A stretch of 64,000 nt of DNA from an uncultured Methanoregulaceae archaeon (GCA_963701095.1 OY969564.1:2272001-2336000); one strand, 5' to 3'. Shown: positions 1 through 10,424, counted from the first letter of the stretch. Notes: a model not told the origin generated them from the letters alone. Program-made: numbers and translations.

Positions 1-1071
1 GGCACTATTGCGTTTCTTCTTGCGGGGATGCTCATCCTCATCGTTGCAATATGTCTTATCAAAGGATTCCCCTCCCTTAACCCGAAATTTTTTCTCGTTA
101 CCGAAAACGTGGCCGGGGGTTACAAGGGAATAGGGACGGGCATTGCCAATGCTATTGAGGGTACGTTCCTTCTCGCTCTCACATCTACCTTACTCGCTCT
201 TCCATTCGGTGTGGGCACAGCAATTTATCTCCAGAGATATGCGCCAGATAACCGGTATACCAGGTCACTCCGGTTCATTATAGAAGTCCTTGCTGGTACG
301 CCATCAATAGTCCTTGGTATTTTTGGCGTGATTGTCCTTGTTATTTACCTAAAACCTATAACCGGGGGAGAATCGTTATTTGCAGGTGCTATTGCTCTTT
401 CTATACTTGTACTTCCGGTTATAATCCGGGCCACAGAAGATGCAATTATCCGGGTGCCATCAGAGCTTGAGGAAGCCAGCTATGCCCTTGGTGCTACGAA
501 ATGGCTGACTCTGAAAAATATCACTATTCCCGTTGCCCTTTCCGGTATTGTTGTCGGTGCTATTCTCTCGTTTGGCAGGGCTGCTGAGGAATCGGCTATA
601 GTAATTCTGACCGCAGGATATTCACAGTATGCCCCGGAATTTAAGGTTGTTGCTAACCCGACGTTTTTACTCGGTATAAAAATATATCCCCTTAACAATC
701 TTGTTGGAACTATCCCGACACTGATCTATACAGGGTATGAAAATTCTGGTGTTTACCCTGAATCTTTCGTCTTTGCCGCGGCCTGCGCTCTCATTATGCT
801 CGTTTTGATCATCAACCTCTCGGCAAAGATCATTCTCGCATTTGCAACGGCAAATATGAAGGGAAATCAGGATACCCTTTTATCTTCCCTTTTTGAACCT
901 TTATCAGACCCCTTCCACAGGAAAAAACCAAAAAAAATACCTTCATGTAGCGACGTGGAGACTGTATCCGTGGCATCAAAAGAATTATTTTCCAAACCGG
1001 AGGAGATCCTCACTTCCGAACCGCCGAATGAGTCAGCCCGGGAAATGCAAAGCTTACCCAGGTACTGCTGA
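1..1071 (+). CDS. pstA: Phosphate ABC transporter permease PstA (5' end probably upstream of window; probably continues into 893-2611 via a 1-nt frameshift near 1058)
   Basis: Hydrophobic permease with GTAIYL, LAGTPSIVLG, EAA loop (EEASYALGATKW) and GRAAEESA motifs typical of PstA/PstC. Confidence 0.85.
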   Translation, partial: GTIAFLLAGMLILIVAICLIKGFPSLNPKFFLVTENVAGGYKGIGTGIANAIEGTFLLALTSTLLALPFGVGTAIYLQRYAPDNRYTRSLRFIIEVLAGTPSIVLGIFGVIVLVIYLKPITGGESLFAGAIALSILVLPVIIRATEDAIIRVPSELEEASYALGATKWLTLKNITIPVALSGIVVGAILSFGRAAEESAIVILTAGYSQYAPEFKVVANPTFLLGIKIYPLNNLVGTIPTLIYTGYENSGVYPESFVFAAACALIMLVLIINLSAKIILAFATANMKGNQDTLLSSLFEPLSDPFHRKKPKKIPSCSDVETVSVASKELFSKPEEILTSEPPNESAREMQSLPRYC

Positions 1072-2611
1072 ACTATCTGTCGATTCCACGCTCAGTAATG
1101 CTGAAAATCTCTCCGTTGCCCCTAGCAAGAAAAAATTTTCTGTTGGTGCCGGGATTAAACGGGGTTTTAATACTATTAGCCAAAAAACCCGTATTTTTGT
1201 CCATGACACCGGGAAAAAGGAAACTACTGCAAAAATGGCCACGGTTCCTGGCAGCTCAGATTACCTCGGTCCCATTCGTAAAGTGAAGATCTCCCATATT
1301 AGGAATATTATAGTCTCATTCAGATCGTTCCTCGTTACTCTCGCCCCGTTTGCATTGGTTACTGTAATTCTCGTAGCTCTAACCGCTATGCTACCTGTTC
1401 TGTCACCAGTAGGATCTAATGGGCCGGCTGGTTCCCTGACTGTTCCCCTCATGACTCTAATCATATGCGTGATCGGAACGGTATGTGCTCTCTTCCTTGT
1501 GCGTAATAGTACTCTCTTTTTATTGCGGCGCCAAAAGGGACGAATGGGGAACCGGCGTGCTGAGTTCGCCGCGATCGCAATCGGATTTTGTTTTGTCCTT
1601 TTCGGTGCATTCATGTTTTCCGTTCATATTTTCTCACCCGTCCCGTCAATTCAGTCTCCGGGTTCAGGAGCATCAACGGGTACAGGCATATTCAGTTACT
1701 TCACTCCTTCAGGAAATGGCGGACTTTCTGAAATCAGTGGATTAGTTTTTAATAACAGCCTGTTTAGCTTCGTTTATAAGCCTGGAAATGGGACAACCCC
1801 CCAGGCCACGGACACATCCAACAGGGCCGCACAGATGGCAGCACTACTGGCTTCTGAAGAGACACCCGTAGCGACAACTACAACTCCCCAAAGCACACCG
1901 GCAGCACTCCAACCCTCACCAGTGCTGTCCTCCTCTACAGCGGTGTCATCACCAGGATCGGTCGTTCCGGTAAAAAACGCGCTTGATATAGGAGAATCCT
2001 ATTGGTATGGCGATAACAGCCGGCCGTGCTTGGCGACGATTTACAATGCAACAACTATGCCACTCTATTTCTATTGGGATATAGACTGGAACCGGTTTGT
2101 CCAAGTAACTCCGGCATCGAGCGGGGACACATTCCTGGTTATCTTCATCCGCATCGAAGACACAGGAAATATGAGTGCCATTGTCCCGCCTGGAGCTCAG
2201 TATGTTGTTTATTATAAAGGTCAGGCATATTACAACGAACCGTATTTCGATACTTCTGTCCTCGATGCGAACGAAATTAGTATTTATACGGCTAATTTCA
2301 ATCTCCTTCCCTACCAGTGGATCCGCGAGATCGGGCAGCAAAGGCGAGATTATGCCTTCCTGACCGGGTATAACATCTTTGGTCAGAACCAGACTCTTGA
2401 ATCAAATTATTCGGCCAATACCCAGTTCGCCCCCCCAAGTGCCACCACTCCCAACGGGGAAGGTTGGTTTATCAAGCCCGGACGGAGCAATGCCATAGAT
2501 GGGTACCTGATCTATGAAGTCCCGGGAGCTGTTGCAACGGATCTCAAAGATACCTACGTTCAGGTGCCTTTCAATAGTTTCAGCTCAACTCAATGGCGCC
2601 TCGGAAAATAA
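1058..2611 (+). CDS. Membrane protein with about 3 TM helices, a Ser/Thr/Pro linker and a C-terminal DUF4352-like Ig-fold domain; likely C-terminal part of an extended PstA
   Basis: ORF 893-2611 has no convincing own start; TM segments; C-terminal FLVIFIRIEDTG...IKPG...GYLIYEVP pattern. Confidence 0.6.
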   Translation, partial: PGTAELSVDSTLSNAENLSVAPSKKKFSVGAGIKRGFNTISQKTRIFVHDTGKKETTAKMATVPGSSDYLGPIRKVKISHIRNIIVSFRSFLVTLAPFALVTVILVALTAMLPVLSPVGSNGPAGSLTVPLMTLIICVIGTVCALFLVRNSTLFLLRRQKGRMGNRRAEFAAIAIGFCFVLFGAFMFSVHIFSPVPSIQSPGSGASTGTGIFSYFTPSGNGGLSEISGLVFNNSLFSFVYKPGNGTTPQATDTSNRAAQMAALLASEETPVATTTTPQSTPAALQPSPVLSSSTAVSSPGSVVPVKNALDIGESYWYGDNSRPCLATIYNATTMPLYFYWDIDWNRFVQVTPASSGDTFLVIFIRIEDTGNMSAIVPPGAQYVVYYKGQAYYNEPYFDTSVLDANEISIYTANFNLLPYQWIREIGQQRRDYAFLTGYNIFGQNQTLESNYSANTQFAPPSATTPNGEGWFIKPGRSNAIDGYLIYEVPGAVATDLKDTYVQVPFNSFSSTQWRLGK

Positions 2612-2878
2612 GCCTGAAAGATCTTCCCGAAAAAAAATATCTGGAGTCCTTAAAAGCAGGGGATAGAAAATGAGTTTGGGCGAATATAAGTATATATAAC
2701 TATATACTCTCAATGCCAAAAATATATTTTAATTGGACACGTAATAATTTTGATATTACGGTTTTTTCGGAAGAGCCGCACAGGAAACACGGGGATATCG
2801 CATGGCAAATCAGGGATGGCATTTTGTGCAAGGGGAGATTAGAGTGTCATGTGCGAAGGTCAATTTTGAGGATCTTTT

Positions 2879-4951
2879 ATGAAAATAAACATTTTAGGCA
2901 ATAGGAAAAAGATCTTAGGTGACAGGAAACAGCTCCGTATTCCCCGCATCAGGAAACAGCTCCATATTCCTCTTGTCATAGGTGTAATCATTATCCTGCT
3001 GGGGCTTGGGATGTATTTCCACTTCCTGCCGAGTATTGGCAGTTTTACACATATGTTTGAACCTGAAGTTACTGCGGCTCCAGTCCAGTCACTGGCAGAC
3101 GCAGGTGCGCCGCTCAGTATCCCTCTTACAAAGCCACTCATCGCTGATTTCCTGGCTTCACCTGGAAATCAATCAGACCCCCTCTCCGTACAGTTTTTTG
3201 ATATGAGCCGGGGTGATCCGGATACTTGGAAATGGGACTTTGGTGACAACACGACTTCAACCGTTCAGAACCCGGTTCACGATTATGCCCAACAGGGTAT
3301 CTATAATGTTACCCTGACGGATACACGTGGAGATGGAGCCAGCAGCACTATCACCGCTTACGACGTTATGGACACCCGGGAAAACACCGAAAATTCCGTG
3401 CTTTTCGATACTATCCGTGATGGCGTCATCAAAAAAGGCTCGTTTTTATCCTTCGTAACTGCCGACAGCAGCTCATCTGTCTCCGTGAATGGCAAACAGA
3501 TCCAGCTGCCGGTGGGATCCCTTGTAAAAATCCGGGCTGACTTTGACACCACCGGCACCATAACCCTTCGCGGCAGCAATATTCTTGGTTGCAGTATTGC
3601 TGATGGCACTCTTTTTGTGAACGGTGCACAGGCTGCTATCGGTAGTTTTTCGAATTGTGTCATACCATCAGTCCGAAACTATCATGCAAACATTACTTTT
3701 GCGATCAAACCGACACTGGGGGAGGTCAGACAGATCCTGATCAACGGTAACAAAATCCTTGCCGGGCAGGAAAACTCCTATATGGTCGTTTCTGAGGACT
3801 CCCAAAATCCCGGAAATGATCTAAGTCTTATAACCCTCCCCGGGTACTACGAGGGAAGCGCTTCCCGGTATTCGATCTCACCGGCGCTGATCGCTGGTTT
3901 TGTAGCAACATCAGCAAGTGAAGGAAGCACTCCACTTAATGTCTCATTTATGGATCAATCGGCCGGTTCACCAAACTCATGGTTATGGACATTCGGTGAC
4001 GGGACCAGTTCCGATGAACAGAATCCCACACATCTCTATTCCTACCCGGGGACGTATGATGTGACCCTCACGGTGAAAAATGGGGAACAGACCGATACTG
4101 TTGGACTTGATAACGCGGTGATCGTCACTCCGCCTCGGGTTGTGGCCAACTTTTCGGCACAGCCGCTCACGGGCACAGTGCCTCTTACCGTAAAATTTGC
4201 CGACCAGTCCACCGGGTCCCCGACATCATGGGACTGGACCTTCCAGGAGATCTCGTGGAATCAGACATTCTATACTTCCAGCACCACCGTTTACGCCACA
4301 TCAACTGCCCAGAATCCCCAGATAACCTTCACCGATCCCGGCACGTATGACGTCTGGCTTACGGTTGGCAATGTCTATGGCAGCAGTGATATGCTTAAAC
4401 CCCAGTATATCGTAGCCACCCCGTGGCCATACAGTATTCCCAATAATGATATAATATTCAAAACGGGGAAACCCGGCTATCTTGAAGAGGCTTCAAGCGC
4501 ACAATTTGTCGTGAGTAACACACCTGCTTCAATTACGATCAACGGGACATATCACGATCTTCCAAAAGGTGCAACCGTGCGGTTCGTGGCAGACAGCGAC
4601 CAGCAGGGTGACATAAGCGTTGTCCGCAACAGCATCATAAAATTTGCATTCCCGGACATGGCGGTTTATGTGAACGGCGATCTTCTCGATCAGGGCACTA
4701 TTGGCGACATCTATATTCCCTCCATGAATCAGTTCCAGACGAACCTCACGTATTATTTCTCGCCAAATTCGTCCCAGACTTATGAGACAATTAACGGGCA
4801 AAAGTACCTTTCCGATCTCGACAATGCATGGATCCGTATCTATAACCTTGGTCCGGATGAACAGGGGTCGCTTTCGCTCATATCAGCGGCAAATACAACT
4901 TCTATAGAGGGTGCCGAGAACCAGACGGTTCAGGACTGGATTCTCCAGTGA
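2879..4951 (+). CDS. Membrane-anchored PKD-domain surface protein
   Basis: N-terminal TM; three PKD repeats (WKWDFGD, WLWTFGDG, WDWTF...NP...Y..PGTYDV); an additional duplicated unknown domain. Confidence 0.85.
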   Translation: MKINILGNRKKILGDRKQLRIPRIRKQLHIPLVIGVIIILLGLGMYFHFLPSIGSFTHMFEPEVTAAPVQSLADAGAPLSIPLTKPLIADFLASPGNQSDPLSVQFFDMSRGDPDTWKWDFGDNTTSTVQNPVHDYAQQGIYNVTLTDTRGDGASSTITAYDVMDTRENTENSVLFDTIRDGVIKKGSFLSFVTADSSSSVSVNGKQIQLPVGSLVKIRADFDTTGTITLRGSNILGCSIADGTLFVNGAQAAIGSFSNCVIPSVRNYHANITFAIKPTLGEVRQILINGNKILAGQENSYMVVSEDSQNPGNDLSLITLPGYYEGSASRYSISPALIAGFVATSASEGSTPLNVSFMDQSAGSPNSWLWTFGDGTSSDEQNPTHLYSYPGTYDVTLTVKNGEQTDTVGLDNAVIVTPPRVVANFSAQPLTGTVPLTVKFADQSTGSPTSWDWTFQEISWNQTFYTSSTTVYATSTAQNPQITFTDPGTYDVWLTVGNVYGSSDMLKPQYIVATPWPYSIPNNDIIFKTGKPGYLEEASSAQFVVSNTPASITINGTYHDLPKGATVRFVADSDQQGDISVVRNSIIKFAFPDMAVYVNGDLLDQGTIGDIYIPSMNQFQTNLTYYFSPNSSQTYETINGQKYLSDLDNAWIRIYNLGPDEQGSLSLISAANTTSIEGAENQTVQDWILQ

Positions 4952-5133
4952 GGGGCAGTCCATGAGAAAGCTGCCGGATAATCGGCCAAAACATCCCTTT
5001 TCTTCAAACAAAGTGACGCCTTCTTTTTATGTGGAGGTTTTGAGCGTCTGTTCACTCACATGAGTGGATAAAGATAGGTTACGGAGAACACACTTTTACT
5101 GTGAGTTTTGGATGTGCCAAGGCAATAAAAAAA

Positions 5134-5990
5134 GGGTATAGTCCCATTCTAGCGACTAAACCTCGTGTTCCAATAGCTTGATAATACGCTTCACTTTATG
5201 ATTATCATTTTCATTTCTGTGATTGTACCTCCACACATACTCACCTAAGTAGAGAGGTAGTTTCTCTCGTCTGATACCGCCTTTCGACACCAGTTTTCTT
5301 TTCAAGTATCCCCAGAATCCCTCCAGACCATTGATGTGATTTCCTTTTCCGTCGCTATACTGTTTTTCACCATGATTGACAAGGCGATGAACATATCCAC
5401 GTGAAGCGATACCGGTGTATGCCTTCCAGGTATCGGAACAGATGACAGACCCTGTTGAAACTTTTCTTGAGATAAGAGGTTGAGGGGTTTCAGCTCCCAC
5501 GTCATCAACAACCTCGGCCCAGACCCTACCATTACGACAAAGAATTCCAAACACCGGTTGTTTCTTCGTACCCCTTCCTCGTTTAGTACCGTAATCCCGG
5601 AGCGTTTTTCGTTTGTTTTTCCATTGACCTCCGAGATATGTTTCATCAACTTCAACGGTGCCGGAAAAGATCTCCGGTACATCTTTTACGAGTGCAGTTC
5701 GGATCAACGTCAGTGCCCTCATGACTTGTTTTCGTTCAAGACCGGTCCGGATTGATATGTTATGGCTGCTCTGCTCCAAGAGGAACCAAGTGATAATTTC
5801 TTTCCACTGATCCTTTGTAAGATAGAGGGGAAGCCGGTGCAGTGTGAATTCATATTTGCACCGGGAACATTTCCTCTTCCCATTAGAAAGTAGGTAAACT
5901 TTTTTGGCCTCGCATTTTGGGCATGATATTTTTACCATTTCCTTCTCGTAATTCTTTTTACGAGTTGGTAGTTAAAATGGTACTTTACCC
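5134..5990 (-). mobile_element. IS1595-family insertion sequence (857 bp)
   Basis: Imperfect 25-bp terminal inverted repeats (GGGTATAGTCCCATTCTAGCGACTA vs GGGTAAAGTACCATTTTAACTACCA) flanked by an 8-bp direct repeat TAAAAAAA (5126-5133, 5991-5998). Confidence 0.9.
5156..5938 (-). CDS. IS1595-family DDE transposase
   Basis: N-terminal Zn ribbon (CPKC...CSRC), VEVDETYLGG, SD.WKAY, HINGLEGFWGYLKR, YLGEYVWRYNHR. Confidence 0.95.
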   Translation of the reverse strand: MVKISCPKCEAKKVYLLSNGKRKCSRCKYEFTLHRLPLYLTKDQWKEIITWFLLEQSSHNISIRTGLERKQVMRALTLIRTALVKDVPEIFSGTVEVDETYLGGQWKNKRKTLRDYGTKRGRGTKKQPVFGILCRNGRVWAEVVDDVGAETPQPLISRKVSTGSVICSDTWKAYTGIASRGYVHRLVNHGEKQYSDGKGNHINGLEGFWGYLKRKLVSKGGIRREKLPLYLGEYVWRYNHRNENDNHKVKRIIKLLEHEV

Positions 5991-5998
5991 TAAAAAAA

Positions 5999-6637
5999 TT
6001 ACTGGAGCTGTTGGATGAGCTTTGCCGTTGCAGTGATATTTGAAAGTGCATTATCGCCGTCTGCAATAGACGATAATGCCTGAGCCTTGGCATCCATTGC
6101 CTTCATCCGCAGGGAGTCGTCCCGGTAATCAGGATCGTTTACGGACAGATACCCGCTGAGATCCCGGTTATAATCAACGAAATGCTGCTGTGCATTATTC
6201 ATATCGATAGAATAGATTTTCATTTCCTGAAGCAAAAATCCCGTAAGCCAAGGAGTTTCTGTGTCATTTCCAAACGAAAGGGATGCAGTGTCAGAAGAAA
6301 ATGAATCTGTAGCAGATCCCAGTGTCGTACCTGCAGATCCCCACTGGTTAATGGCCTGCCCATCTGCAGCCACATCGCCTTGGAGTGTTGTAGTATCAGA
6401 AGAACCTTGAGCAGTCTCGTGATTATATTCGTTAAGCGTATTTCCTATCTGGGTTAGTGTGGAACTGACCTGCTTGGAGTAGGTAACCTGCTGACCTGCC
6501 CAGGCATTATAGGACTGCATGACCATTGTTGTATTGTGGGAATCACCCATCCGTGGGGTGGTGCAACCGGTGACAAGAATCGTGCATCCTGTCAGGAGAA
6601 GGAGAAAGAAAATTACATGGGCTCGTTCCATCATCAC
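5999..6637 (-). CDS. Putative lipoprotein, helical, unknown function
   Basis: Lipobox-like LVTGC after a hydrophobic stretch; 212-aa ORF. Confidence 0.65.
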   Translation of the reverse strand: MMMERAHVIFFLLLLTGCTILVTGCTTPRMGDSHNTTMVMQSYNAWAGQQVTYSKQVSSTLTQIGNTLNEYNHETAQGSSDTTTLQGDVAADGQAINQWGSAGTTLGSATDSFSSDTASLSFGNDTETPWLTGFLLQEMKIYSIDMNNAQQHFVDYNRDLSGYLSVNDPDYRDDSLRMKAMDAKAQALSSIADGDNALSNITATAKLIQQLQ

Positions 6638-6771
6638 TAACTATAGGGATAGTGTTTTCTTCAATCTTTCGTCTGTTTTTAAGAAAATATCAGGTACCAT
6701 TTAAAATGATCTCATAAATAATGAGAACCAATAATAGAATGATTTAAGACTATAGTAAATAAATTAAAAAT

Positions 6772-8076
6772 ATGTATAAATTGGGATTTGTTGCATGCCT
6801 CTTCGTCGTCGTTCTTGTCGGGGCATGCGGATGCTCTGTTGCATCTCCCGGAACTGGTCCAGTACCGGGGACAATGCCAACGTTACCTGCTACCTATATT
6901 GCCGGTGAAAATACACCTGCCGCGGAAACTTTCGTGATTACACCAACCCCGACGCCGCCAACTGCAGCGGTAAATATTTCTGGAGCTCAAACTAATGTGA
7001 CGCCTACCCAAGTCACCATTAACTGCAACGGTCAGTCATGTTCAGGTTTCGTTAATGTCACGCCGGGTAATCCTGATGCCCCGGTAAGCTCTTTTTCGGC
7101 GAATCCACAGTTTACGTATGTGCCGCCAAATTCCCCCAATCCGAATGTTTCAGTCCAGTTTACTGATACTTCGACAAATTCTCCGACATCGTGGGCCTGG
7201 TCATTCGGTGACACAAATCATAGCACCAGCTCGGTGGAGAACCCGACTTTTACCTATTATGGATACAATTATTATCAGGTCAGCCTCGGTGTGAGTAACC
7301 TTCTTGGACAGTCTTCGAGCACCGCTACTATCGCTGTTTGTCCTCTTGAAGCATCCTTTACGATGAACCAGACTACTGGTCCCGTGCCACTTACCGTCCA
7401 GTTCACCGATACTTCAAACAACCAACCCACGTCATGGTTATGGAACTTCGGGGACGGATCAACCAGCACCCAACAAAACCCCCTTCACCGGTACATCACA
7501 TCAGGAGTTTACACGGTCAGGCTGGATGCAACGGATGCTCTTGGCTCCTGCTGGAACACCAACCAGATCACCGTCTCGCCTTTGGTTGCATCGTTTATCG
7601 CTAACCAGACCAGTGGACTTGAACCTCTCACTGTCCAGTTTACCGATAAATCGACAGACCAGCCAATTTCGTGGCGATGGAACTTTGGTGACGGTGGAAC
7701 ATCCACTCTCCAGAATCCGGTCCACGTATACGCGACAGCAGGTTCGTATCTCGTAAATCTCAATGCCACGAACGGCTATGATGGATGGATGAGCGCTCCG
7801 CAATCGACGATCACCGTTTATTCCCTCCCTGCTGTATCCTTCACGGCAATCCCGACAACCGGGGCCGCCGGAACTTCCGTAGTATTTAATGACCAGAGCA
7901 CTGGCTCCCCCGCTCCCACATCTTGGTACTGGGACTTTGGCGATGGGTACAACAGCACATACCAAAACCCATCACACCAGTATGCCAGTGCCGGATTGTA
8001 TACTATCAGCCATTCGGCAACAAATGTGCAGGGAACGGAGTGGCTGAATAAAACGGCGTATATCTCTATATCATGA
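6772..8076 (+). CDS. Secreted/lipo- PKD-repeat protein (about 4 PKD domains)
   Basis: Signal with ACGC, Thr/Pro linker, repeated VQFTDTS..PTSW.W.FGDG..ST.QNP.H.Y. Confidence 0.9.
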   Translation: MYKLGFVACLFVVVLVGACGCSVASPGTGPVPGTMPTLPATYIAGENTPAAETFVITPTPTPPTAAVNISGAQTNVTPTQVTINCNGQSCSGFVNVTPGNPDAPVSSFSANPQFTYVPPNSPNPNVSVQFTDTSTNSPTSWAWSFGDTNHSTSSVENPTFTYYGYNYYQVSLGVSNLLGQSSSTATIAVCPLEASFTMNQTTGPVPLTVQFTDTSNNQPTSWLWNFGDGSTSTQQNPLHRYITSGVYTVRLDATDALGSCWNTNQITVSPLVASFIANQTSGLEPLTVQFTDKSTDQPISWRWNFGDGGTSTLQNPVHVYATAGSYLVNLNATNGYDGWMSAPQSTITVYSLPAVSFTAIPTTGAAGTSVVFNDQSTGSPAPTSWYWDFGDGYNSTYQNPSHQYASAGLYTISHSATNVQGTEWLNKTAYISIS

Positions 8077-8684
8077 CACCCATACCACTTGCCAGCAGGA
8101 TCTCATCATTTTTTATTCACAAAGAGCCTGACGGAACTGAAACCGAGGTCTCTCTGGAAACACAGGACTCACCGTCAGAACAACCCGAAGAAAATTTTGT
8201 TCATAATGAGGCTAAGCCGGAACAGGACGTAATTCCTCAGATTCCTGAGAACCCGCGTCCGGTTTCACGTATCCAGAAGTTCATTTTGTACTTTGTTGAG
8301 CCGGAACTGGAACCGGACACAAAAACAACCGCTGTTGTCCCGGCACCAGCCAAAGAACCCCCCCAAAAACGTCCTGCCCTCCCTATAAAAGACCGGATTC
8401 ATGTACAACTGGCATCGTTAAGATCGTTTGGCCTGAAAATAGTATTGATTTTCGTCGAGCCCGGGTCCATTGAAACGGAGGCGGCTCCCCATCAGGATCT
8501 TCCTGCACTTTCTGAACCCGAATCTCCACAAGCGATCATTGAAGCTCCACCAGTCCAACCGGAACCCGTTCCAACCCTAACCGAAGAAAGCCAGGTCAGC
8601 TCCAGTCAAGGCCAAACCCTCTTTTATGGAGACGATCCGGTCATTACTCGTGTCGCCGGAAGCAAAGGAGATACAGACCCTTGA
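8073..8684 (+). CDS. Pro/Glu-rich protein; probably the frameshifted N-terminal extension of the downstream ATPase
   Basis: ATGA overlap with upstream gene; repeated amphipathic motif ending F(V/I)(x)EP that recurs at the start of the ATPase frame. Confidence 0.55.
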   Translation: MTPIPLASRISSFFIHKEPDGTETEVSLETQDSPSEQPEENFVHNEAKPEQDVIPQIPENPRPVSRIQKFILYFVEPELEPDTKTTAVVPAPAKEPPQKRPALPIKDRIHVQLASLRSFGLKIVLIFVEPGSIETEAAPHQDLPALSEPESPQAIIEAPPVQPEPVPTLTEESQVSSSQGQTLFYGDDPVITRVAGSKGDTDP

Positions 8685-10257
8685 TTTCGATCCGGGTGTT
8701 CTTGACGACCCATCCCTTGAGGGTTCGCTCCGGGATGTCAATATCACCTACAGGATCGATCCTCCGTACCAGTATGTGCATATCGAGTACAACAAACAAG
8801 AGGGGACCCTCATTTATTCCGTCGTAGAGCCGCAGCTCTCTGAAGATGAAAAAGTCGCCCTTGATATTATCGAGCAGGCATTCGAGAAACTGGTGAGTAC
8901 AAATCTCGAGATTATTGAGGGTGACCGGCGGACTGAATATCTCCGGGAACGGTTTTATTCCCTAGTCAATATATTCGGCCTCAAACTGACGGAACACCAG
9001 AAAGAGCGGATGTTCTTTGTGCTCAAACGACAGTATCTCGGGTACAGCCGGATCGACACCCTGATGAAAGACAAATATATCGAAGATATCAGCTGCAACG
9101 GGTCGGATATCTTCCTCTATGTCCAGCACCGTATCTATGGTTCCATCCGGACCAACGTGAAATTCGGAGAAGTTGAGCTCAACAATTTTGTCCTGAAACT
9201 TGCTCAGGTCGGCGGCAGGCATATCTCCCTCCTCCAGCCCATCCGTGACGTCTCGCTCCCAGACGGGAGCAGAGGAAACCTTACGCTCGGTGGTGAAGTA
9301 ACACGGAAAGGATCGACGTTTACCATCCGTAAATTCCGTGCAAACCCTATCTCACCCATCGAAATGATGGACTACCACTCGGTCGATGCGATGGAACTTG
9401 CGTATTTGTGGATCCTGATGGAATACAAGCGATCGATTCTTGTTTCCGGGGGAACTGCAACCGGTAAAACCACATTTTTAAACGTCCTGTGCAGTTTCAT
9501 TCCGCCTGAGTACAAGATTGTCTCTATCGAAGACACCGCTGAGCTTAACCTGATGCACCCCAACTGGATCCAGTCCATTACCCGGGCCGGGTTTGGCAGT
9601 TCCAGTGGCGGAGAGTCTGTGTCCGGGGTAAGCGGCGTCTCTTCTAAAACCCCGGGTGACATCTCGCTTTATGACCTGCTTGTTGCAGCTCTTCGTCAGC
9701 GTCCTGAGTTCATCATCGTTGGTGAAGTCCGGGGCAGCGAAGCGTTCACCCTGTTTCAGGCAATTGCTGTCGGGCACGCGGCCCTAGGGACCATCCACGC
9801 CGGGTCCATGGATGAACTCCTCGCCCGTGTGGAGTCAAACCCCATGAACGTTCCCCGGAGCCTTTTCTCCAACCTCGATGTCGTGCTCTTTCCCATGCAT
9901 ATCAAGAAAGGGGAACGGAGTATGCGGCGCCTGGCCAATATCGTCGAGATGCTGGAGTCTGACCGGGATTCAGGGGACCTTATCACGAACACCGTCTTCA
10001 AATGGCAACCTGATATCGATGAGTTTCAGTACCAGGGCCGCAGTTTCCTCTTTGACAAGATCAAAGATACCCATGGTGTAAGTAAAGAGTTACTCAACCA
10101 GGAACTCAAGGACCGGACAGCATTCCTGCTTAACCTGCAGAAGTCAGGTATACGGGAATACAACGCGGTAACCGAGCAGATCCGGGCATATTACCGGGAT
10201 AAACCCGCGGTGATGAAAGAGATTATTGCGGTCCAGACAGATGCAATTGAAGCGTAA
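8626..10257 (+). CDS. Type II/IV secretion system (VirB11/PilB/ArlI-like) pilus assembly ATPase
   Basis: IEDISC, FTIRKF, Walker A GGTATGKTT, IEDTAEL, LRQRPEFIIVGEVRG, His box GHAALGTIHA. Confidence 0.93.
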   Translation: METIRSLLVSPEAKEIQTLDFDPGVLDDPSLEGSLRDVNITYRIDPPYQYVHIEYNKQEGTLIYSVVEPQLSEDEKVALDIIEQAFEKLVSTNLEIIEGDRRTEYLRERFYSLVNIFGLKLTEHQKERMFFVLKRQYLGYSRIDTLMKDKYIEDISCNGSDIFLYVQHRIYGSIRTNVKFGEVELNNFVLKLAQVGGRHISLLQPIRDVSLPDGSRGNLTLGGEVTRKGSTFTIRKFRANPISPIEMMDYHSVDAMELAYLWILMEYKRSILVSGGTATGKTTFLNVLCSFIPPEYKIVSIEDTAELNLMHPNWIQSITRAGFGSSSGGESVSGVSGVSSKTPGDISLYDLLVAALRQRPEFIIVGEVRGSEAFTLFQAIAVGHAALGTIHAGSMDELLARVESNPMNVPRSLFSNLDVVLFPMHIKKGERSMRRLANIVEMLESDRDSGDLITNTVFKWQPDIDEFQYQGRSFLFDKIKDTHGVSKELLNQELKDRTAFLLNLQKSGIREYNAVTEQIRAYYRDKPAVMKEIIAVQTDAIEA

Positions 10258-10424
10258 AGTACGTTTATAAGTCTTTTATCGATTCCCCGGGACTATTTTG
10301 TTAGTTAGATAAAATATGGATTAGTTTTTACTTTACCTTTAGATTAGAGGAGGATCGATTGATCTATTCTGCGCTATTTTGGGGAAAAGAGATTATTTCC
10401 GTTAGATAAATTGACAAATTACGA

